Origin: Nitrosopumilus ureiphilus
GTDB taxonomy: Archaea > Thermoproteota > Nitrososphaeria > Nitrososphaerales > Nitrosopumilaceae
DNA: 32,000 bases
Direction: 5' to 3'
Assembly (NCBI RefSeq): GCF_013407185.1
Contig: NZ_CP026995.1
Location: forward strand, 340,841 to 372,840
The notes beneath the pieces were generated by a model. It saw only the letters and a program-made list of their open reading frames with translations. It was not told where the DNA came from and searched no databases. This document shows positions 27,633 through 32,000 of this stretch, one piece after another. Position numbers and translations under genes: made by a program. Each line of letters begins with the position of its first letter. The first letter of the stretch is position 1.

Positions 27633-30058
27633 TGCAAATTAATAGCATAGAACTAGAAAATTTTAGGCGTTACAAAGAGGAAATTATTGAGTTTCCTACG
27701 GGATTGATAGGAATTGTTGGGCGAAATGGTGTTGGAAAATCGACTTTGGTGGAGGCTCTAGCATGGTGTCTTTATGGTTCTGATGCTGCACGAACCAAGC
27801 AAGATGAAATCAAACGTAGTCAAGCAAAGGAGCGGGAAAAATGCAGAGTCATTATTGAATTGACTTTTGAGTCGGATGCTTTAAAGATAGAACGAATTCT
27901 GAGCGGAAAAAATTTCACTCCATCTGCAAATTTGTATCTTAATGGCAATCCAAATCCTCATGTAAGTGGTACAAAAGCTGTTACCGATTACATCACACAT
28001 AGAACTAAAATGGATTATGTTGCATTTATCACATCAATTTTTGCACGACAAAAAGACTTAGATGGATTAACTGGAATGACTGGAGCTACAAGAAGAAAAA
28101 CAATTCTAAGATTATTACGAATTGATCAAATTGAAGATGCAATCAAAATGATAAAGGAAGACAGTAAACAAAATGAACTACAAATTCAACAAATAGAAAA
28201 ATATGTCAAAGATGTATCTATATTGGAAAAAGAATTACAAAATATGCAAACACAAGTACAAATTAGACAAAAATCAATTACAATTAACCAAAAGAAAGTA
28301 AATATTCTTAAAAAATCATTAGAAGAACACGAACATAGATTTTCAATATTAGAAGAAAAATATGTCAAACATCAAGAGATTAATACAAAAATAGAAGGTC
28401 TCAAAGGACTAATACAAGGACATAACCAAGAAAAGATCACATTAACAAAAAAGCTTGACGAATCACTTGAAGCAAAAAAAGTATTAAATAAATTAAAACC
28501 AAAACTTGATAAATTTGAAAAAATTAAAAAAATAAAAGTAGAATTAGATTCTTTAGAATTAAAATTTACAGAAAAATCTTCTTTAGAGGATCAACTTAAA
28601 AATTGTAAGAATAAGATATCAGACATGCAAACAAAAATATCTAGTTTTCATGAATCAATAAAATCCTATGGAAATTTAGATTCCAAAATTAATCTTATGA
28701 ATGAAGAATTAAGAAAATTAGAAGATGATTTGAATAATCAAAAACAACAGCAAAATCAAATTGACAGCAAAATCTTTGAAAAAGCTAGTCGTAAAAATGA
28801 ACTAAATGCAGAATTAATTGAAATTCAAGAACTTGGAGATAAAAGCGAATGCCCAAAATGCAAAAGACCCCTTGAAGATACAGTAGAAAAATTAGTTGGA
28901 ATTATAACACAAAATATTCAATCGATCACAAAAGAAATTGATTCTTTTACAAAAGAACAAGAAATTATACTAAAACATACTGACAATGTTGGAAAACAAA
29001 TTACTCTAAAAAAACAAGAAAGAGAAGAAATTGAGAATCAAATCCAGATTAAAAATAATTTGTTGACAAAAATAGGAGAAAATACAAAGATATTAGAATC
29101 ATATCAAGATGAAGAAAAAACTATTCAAAACAATTTATTTAATTTTAAGGGGATAAATTACGATAAAGCCAAACATGAAGAAATCAAATCTGAATTTCAA
29201 AAACTAGAAAAAATATATCAAAATTCAATTGCTTTAAATGAACATGTAAAACAAATCGACATATTAAATTCTCAAGTTGATTTAGTCGGTAAAGATATTG
29301 ACACATCTACTAAACAACTACATTCCAAAAATACAGAATTAACTACAATAAATTTTAATGAAACAGAATATCAAAAAGTCAAAGGAAAAAAATATGAGGC
29401 CAATATAGAACATCAAACTAATCGTGAGAATTTAATTAAAGAAGAACAAGAATTACTTCAAGTTAAGGATCAAATTCAACAACAAGAAAATACGATTAAA
29501 GAAGAAAAACAAAAGCAAGATGAAATCAAAAAAATACAATCAACATTACAAGAATTATCTACACTCAAAAAATTAATGATTGATTTTAAATCAGATTTAA
29601 TGGTTAGAATAAAACCACAACTAGCTGCAAAAACTTCCTCTCTTCTCAAACAAATTACCAATGGCAGATATACTTCTGTTGATTTTGATGATGACTTTAC
29701 GTTGAAGATTAATGATGAAGGAATAAATCATAATATTAAACGATTTTCAGGTGGAGAAACGGATCTTGTAAATTTGTGTCTTCGAATTGCAATTTCTGAA
29801 GAATTATCTCAAAGATCTGGAGGTTCAGGTACTCAAATTATAATACTAGATGAAATTTTTGGTAGTCAGGATGAAAGAAGGAAAGCAAGCATCCTTCAAG
29901 CATTGCATGAATTAACTAGTAAATTTAGACAAATATTGCTCATCACCCATGTTGAAGATGTTAAGGATGCTTTACCTTATGTGCTCAATATAACGGAGAA
30001 TCCAGATAATACTGTAAGTATTGAAGAAGAAGGTACTTTACCGATACCAATTGAATGA
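27632..30058 (+). CDS. rad50: Rad50/SbcC-family SMC-like ATPase
   Basis: Walker A 'GRNGVGKST', a very long Lys/Glu/Gln-rich coiled coil with central 'CPKC' zinc hook, signature 'FSGGETD', Walker B 'IIILDE', and 'ITHVED'. The start overlaps the mre11 stop (TAATG). Confidence 0.85.
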   Translation: MQINSIELENFRRYKEEIIEFPTGLIGIVGRNGVGKSTLVEALAWCLYGSDAARTKQDEIKRSQAKEREKCRVIIELTFESDALKIERILSGKNFTPSANLYLNGNPNPHVSGTKAVTDYITHRTKMDYVAFITSIFARQKDLDGLTGMTGATRRKTILRLLRIDQIEDAIKMIKEDSKQNELQIQQIEKYVKDVSILEKELQNMQTQVQIRQKSITINQKKVNILKKSLEEHEHRFSILEEKYVKHQEINTKIEGLKGLIQGHNQEKITLTKKLDESLEAKKVLNKLKPKLDKFEKIKKIKVELDSLELKFTEKSSLEDQLKNCKNKISDMQTKISSFHESIKSYGNLDSKINLMNEELRKLEDDLNNQKQQQNQIDSKIFEKASRKNELNAELIEIQELGDKSECPKCKRPLEDTVEKLVGIITQNIQSITKEIDSFTKEQEIILKHTDNVGKQITLKKQEREEIENQIQIKNNLLTKIGENTKILESYQDEEKTIQNNLFNFKGINYDKAKHEEIKSEFQKLEKIYQNSIALNEHVKQIDILNSQVDLVGKDIDTSTKQLHSKNTELTTINFNETEYQKVKGKKYEANIEHQTNRENLIKEEQELLQVKDQIQQQENTIKEEKQKQDEIKKIQSTLQELSTLKKLMIDFKSDLMVRIKPQLAAKTSSLLKQITNGRYTSVDFDDDFTLKINDEGINHNIKRFSGGETDLVNLCLRIAISEELSQRSGGSGTQIIILDEIFGSQDERRKASILQALHELTSKFRQILLITHVEDVKDALPYVLNITENPDNTVSIEEEGTLPIPIE

Positions 30059-30081
30059 AATCGCTATGAGAGTTTTTTTTA

Positions 30082-30164
30082 CAAAAGAAATTATCGATAA
30101 TCAGTAAAAATGGTATCCCCTGTTTTGTGAGTGATTTTATGACGCTTTGTCGTAATGTTTAAGA
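30082..30164 (+). repeat. Right copy of ~84-nt direct repeat (palindrome TTATCGATAA at 30091-30100; hairpin at 30137-30155)
   Basis: See the left copy at 14551-14634. Same orientation, and the same two perfectly conserved blocks. Confidence 0.8.
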
Positions 30165-30321
30165 TCTAAAATATGTTGGTTCAAATTCTCTTGGGAGCAC
30201 AGCATGTAAGGGGATATAGTTAGGGGCAAAGATTTTGCACTAACTCCATCCCAATCAATCTATTTGACATATCCATGAGGAAATTTACAAGATATGGTAG
30301 TTAATCACACGCTGATGCAAA

Positions 30322-30843
30322 ATGAACAACAAAATTTCAAGAATAAGGATGTTGAGGGAATGTTTTGCAAAAGAATGGCTTACCAAAAGAGATTGGGCAT
30401 ATGCATTATCTGAGCAAATTTTTAGAGGCAAAAATTATGACAAAATAGAATTCAAGCTGAATACTAAGAGAATTCTAATCTCAATACCCGAAGAATTTCA
30501 ATTGGAGATAGAGCAAATTTGTAAACCTCATGGTAGTATTTTTACACCATACTTTGATTATGATTTTCTTGCTTGCAAAGTTGCATCCAACCAATCAAGA
30601 TTTCTAGATGATCCTAGAGAAGATGATTTTTTATGGATAGAAGTTAAAGCAGGAAACAGTATTCCAAGCAAAGCACAACTCAAAGCAAAATCAAAGACAC
30701 CCATTCCCGTAAAGATGTGCCGTGTAAAAGGGATTTCAAACATGTCGAATGATATTTTTACTGAATTTTCAGAATTAAAAGAAATGCCTGATCCAAAAGA
30801 AGATTTTCCAAATTTTGATGATATGAAATGGAGGGATTTTTAG
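30322..30843 (+). CDS. Hypothetical protein with possible PD-(D/E)xK (VRR-NUC-like) nuclease core
   Basis: 173 aa. 'DYDFLACK...DDFLWIEVKAGNSIPSKAQ' fits the D...(D/E)-x-K pattern followed by a conserved Q. This is a motif-level match only. Confidence 0.4.
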   Translation: MNNKISRIRMLRECFAKEWLTKRDWAYALSEQIFRGKNYDKIEFKLNTKRILISIPEEFQLEIEQICKPHGSIFTPYFDYDFLACKVASNQSRFLDDPREDDFLWIEVKAGNSIPSKAQLKAKSKTPIPVKMCRVKGISNMSNDIFTEFSELKEMPDPKEDFPNFDDMKWRDF

Positions 30844-30996
30844 ATCTATGTGATTTTAAAATAATTTGGAAAAAATAGAATGAATTTTAGATAGACAGAG
30901 TCCTAGAAATGTCACAAATTATCAAGTTTTAGATTTTACACTAAAAAATGAAACAATCCTACAGAACTGCTTATAAAAAATGAAATAAAATCAACT

Positions 30997-31224
30997 ATGG
31001 AAATGTTTTCTACTCTATCCAATTTCATTGCAGGTCAGGAATGGATGATGATTATAATTCCAATAATTATCTTAGCTGTGATTGGATTCATTGCAGTGAT
31101 TAAATCCATTTCTAAACGAGTACCTATAGGAGATAAAAAAAGGCTAGATTTATTGAAGGACAGATTAGCAAAAGGAGAAATCACTAAAGAAGAATATGAC
31201 AAACTCAAAGGGGAATTTGAGTAA
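30997..31224 (+). CDS. Small membrane protein with C-terminal SHOCT domain
   Basis: 75 aa. One TM helix, then 'LKDRLAKGEITKEEYDKLKGEF', which is the typical SHOCT motif. Confidence 0.6.
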   Translation: MEMFSTLSNFIAGQEWMMIIIPIIILAVIGFIAVIKSISKRVPIGDKKRLDLLKDRLAKGEITKEEYDKLKGEFE

Positions 31225-31450
31225 AAGGTTATGATTTTGTTTCTTATAATGTATCATTAAAAAATTAGAAGAGCAAACAATAATTTTTTATAGAATAAGT
31301 ACGTAGTTGAAACATGTTTGGGTATTATTTAGATTCCTTTGAATTAACAATTAGTATGTCTCCTTCTCTAAAACTAGTTTTTAAAAATTAAATAACTCGG
31401 ACAGATGTTGTCCACAAAATTTGTCATATGATGGATTTTTTTCAAAAAAA

Positions 31451-31720
31451 TCAACCCAGAAGGAATTTCTTTAAATAATTTTTCCCTTTTTGTGTAATTC
31501 CTACAAAACTTGTCCAGTCTTGTGGTTCCCCAATCCAATCCACGTATCCATAATATCGTAATCTTCCTAAAACTTCGTAAAAGGATGATTTTGAAATCTT
31601 GGTATGAATTCTAATTGTAACTGCGGTAACGTCATCTTCTTGTTTAATTAGAAATTCTAAAATTATTTTTTCATAGTTTAAATATTTGCCCTTACGTGGA
31701 TGTTTAGATCTTTCGTACAC
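31451..31720 (-). CDS. Winged-helix DNA-binding protein (putative element regulator)
   Basis: 89 aa. 'VTAVTIRIHTKISKSSFYEVLGRLRYYGYVDW' looks like the wHTH recognition helix plus wing. It is divergent from the downstream integrase. Confidence 0.45.
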   Translation of the reverse strand: MYERSKHPRKGKYLNYEKIILEFLIKQEDDVTAVTIRIHTKISKSSFYEVLGRLRYYGYVDWIGEPQDWTSFVGITQKGKNYLKKFLLG

Positions 31721-31787
31721 TCTTTTTTTTAGTTAGATTAGATTATAACATTAACATAATCTGCACCCCTCATTAGTTTATTCCATA

Positions 31788-32000
31788 ATGACTAACAAAA
31801 CAGGTGAGAAAGATATGTCCTACATGACCTCAACTACTTTTTACAATAAATTTCTATTCTGGTTAATTCGATTACAACCGTTCATTAATGAAACTGGCAG
31901 ACCCCCAATAAGCGCAGATGATTTTGTTAGATTTTATAGAATTCTATATGGCTGTGGGCTAAGAATTTCAGAAGGATTAGAATTAGAAATACGAGATTTT
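31788..32000 (+). CDS. Second tyrosine recombinase/integrase, 5' part only (runs off window)
   Basis: An open frame runs from ATG 31788 to the window end. My translation ends '...FVRFYRILYGCGLRISEGLELEIRDF', which is the box I region with the catalytic Arg. Confidence 0.7.
   Translation, partial: MTNKTGEKDMSYMTSTTFYNKFLFWLIRLQPFINETGRPPISADDFVRFYRILYGCGLRISEGLELEIRDF

Larger units (their letters stand above)
12994..32000. mobile_element. Mosaic of integrated mobile-element DNA starting at tRNA-His. The right boundary was not found in the window.
   Basis: An integrase abuts the tRNA 3' end. Cas1-solo and PolB remnants, a ParB pseudogene and a second integrase at 31788 follow. Many genes are degraded, and housekeeping genes are absent after 12.9 kb. 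Confidence 0.7.

Noticed and set aside
30178-30200. 'GGTTCAAATTCTCTTGGGAGCAC' resembles a tRNA T-loop plus 3' acceptor end. The 9-mer 'TTGGGAGCA' also occurs at 14544-14552, next to the left repeat.
   Set aside because: It cannot be folded into a proper T-arm: position 61 would be T, and there is no complementary 5' strand. A 9-mer match is weak evidence. It may be an eroded att remnant, but that is not supportable.
31396-31404. 'CTCGGACAG' is identical to the tRNA-His anticodon-stem/variable-loop segment, raising the possibility of an attR.
   Set aside because: Identity stops after 9 nt and the T-arm and acceptor sequence are absent. This is consistent with chance.

Overview
This is an AT-rich archaeal chromosome segment. 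Its gene content suggests a Nitrosopumilus-like ammonia-oxidising thaumarchaeon, which is an inference from gene content only. Positions 1-12.9 kb are ordinary core genome: GNAT acetyltransferase, Trm5-like methyltransferase, ABCE1, 5S rRNA, leucyl aminopeptidase, a pentose-phosphate operon with a transketolase-N::ribulose-phosphate-epimerase fusion, and CorA. At tRNA-His (12994-13066) the window changes to accessory DNA that runs to the window end. A tyrosine integrase abuts the tRNA. After it comes a ~15.6 kb block bracketed by two ~84-nt direct repeats (14551-14634 and 30082-30164). Inside that block is a decaying casposon-like module. It has a solo Cas1/casposase broken by a frameshift, a 5'-truncated family-B DNA polymerase, and a second, stop-riddled PolB C-terminal relic. 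No CRISPR array or other cas gene was seen. The block also holds cargo with uninterrupted ORFs: a translationally coupled HD-phosphohydrolase plus 497-aa unknown pair, two secreted repeat proteins, an unannotated AbrB-like ORF, and an Mre11/Rad50-like pair. A ParB-like gene in the block is degraded. Downstream of the right repeat lie a PD-(D/E)xK-like protein, a SHOCT protein, a wHTH protein and the start of a second tyrosine integrase, which suggests tandem or mosaic mobile elements. Casposons themselves are already described. The parts that look least described are the HD/497-aa pair, the palindrome-bearing bracketing repeats, and Mre11/Rad50 carried as mobile-element cargo. All calls come from reading motifs by eye. 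No database search was run, and the element boundaries are unresolved.
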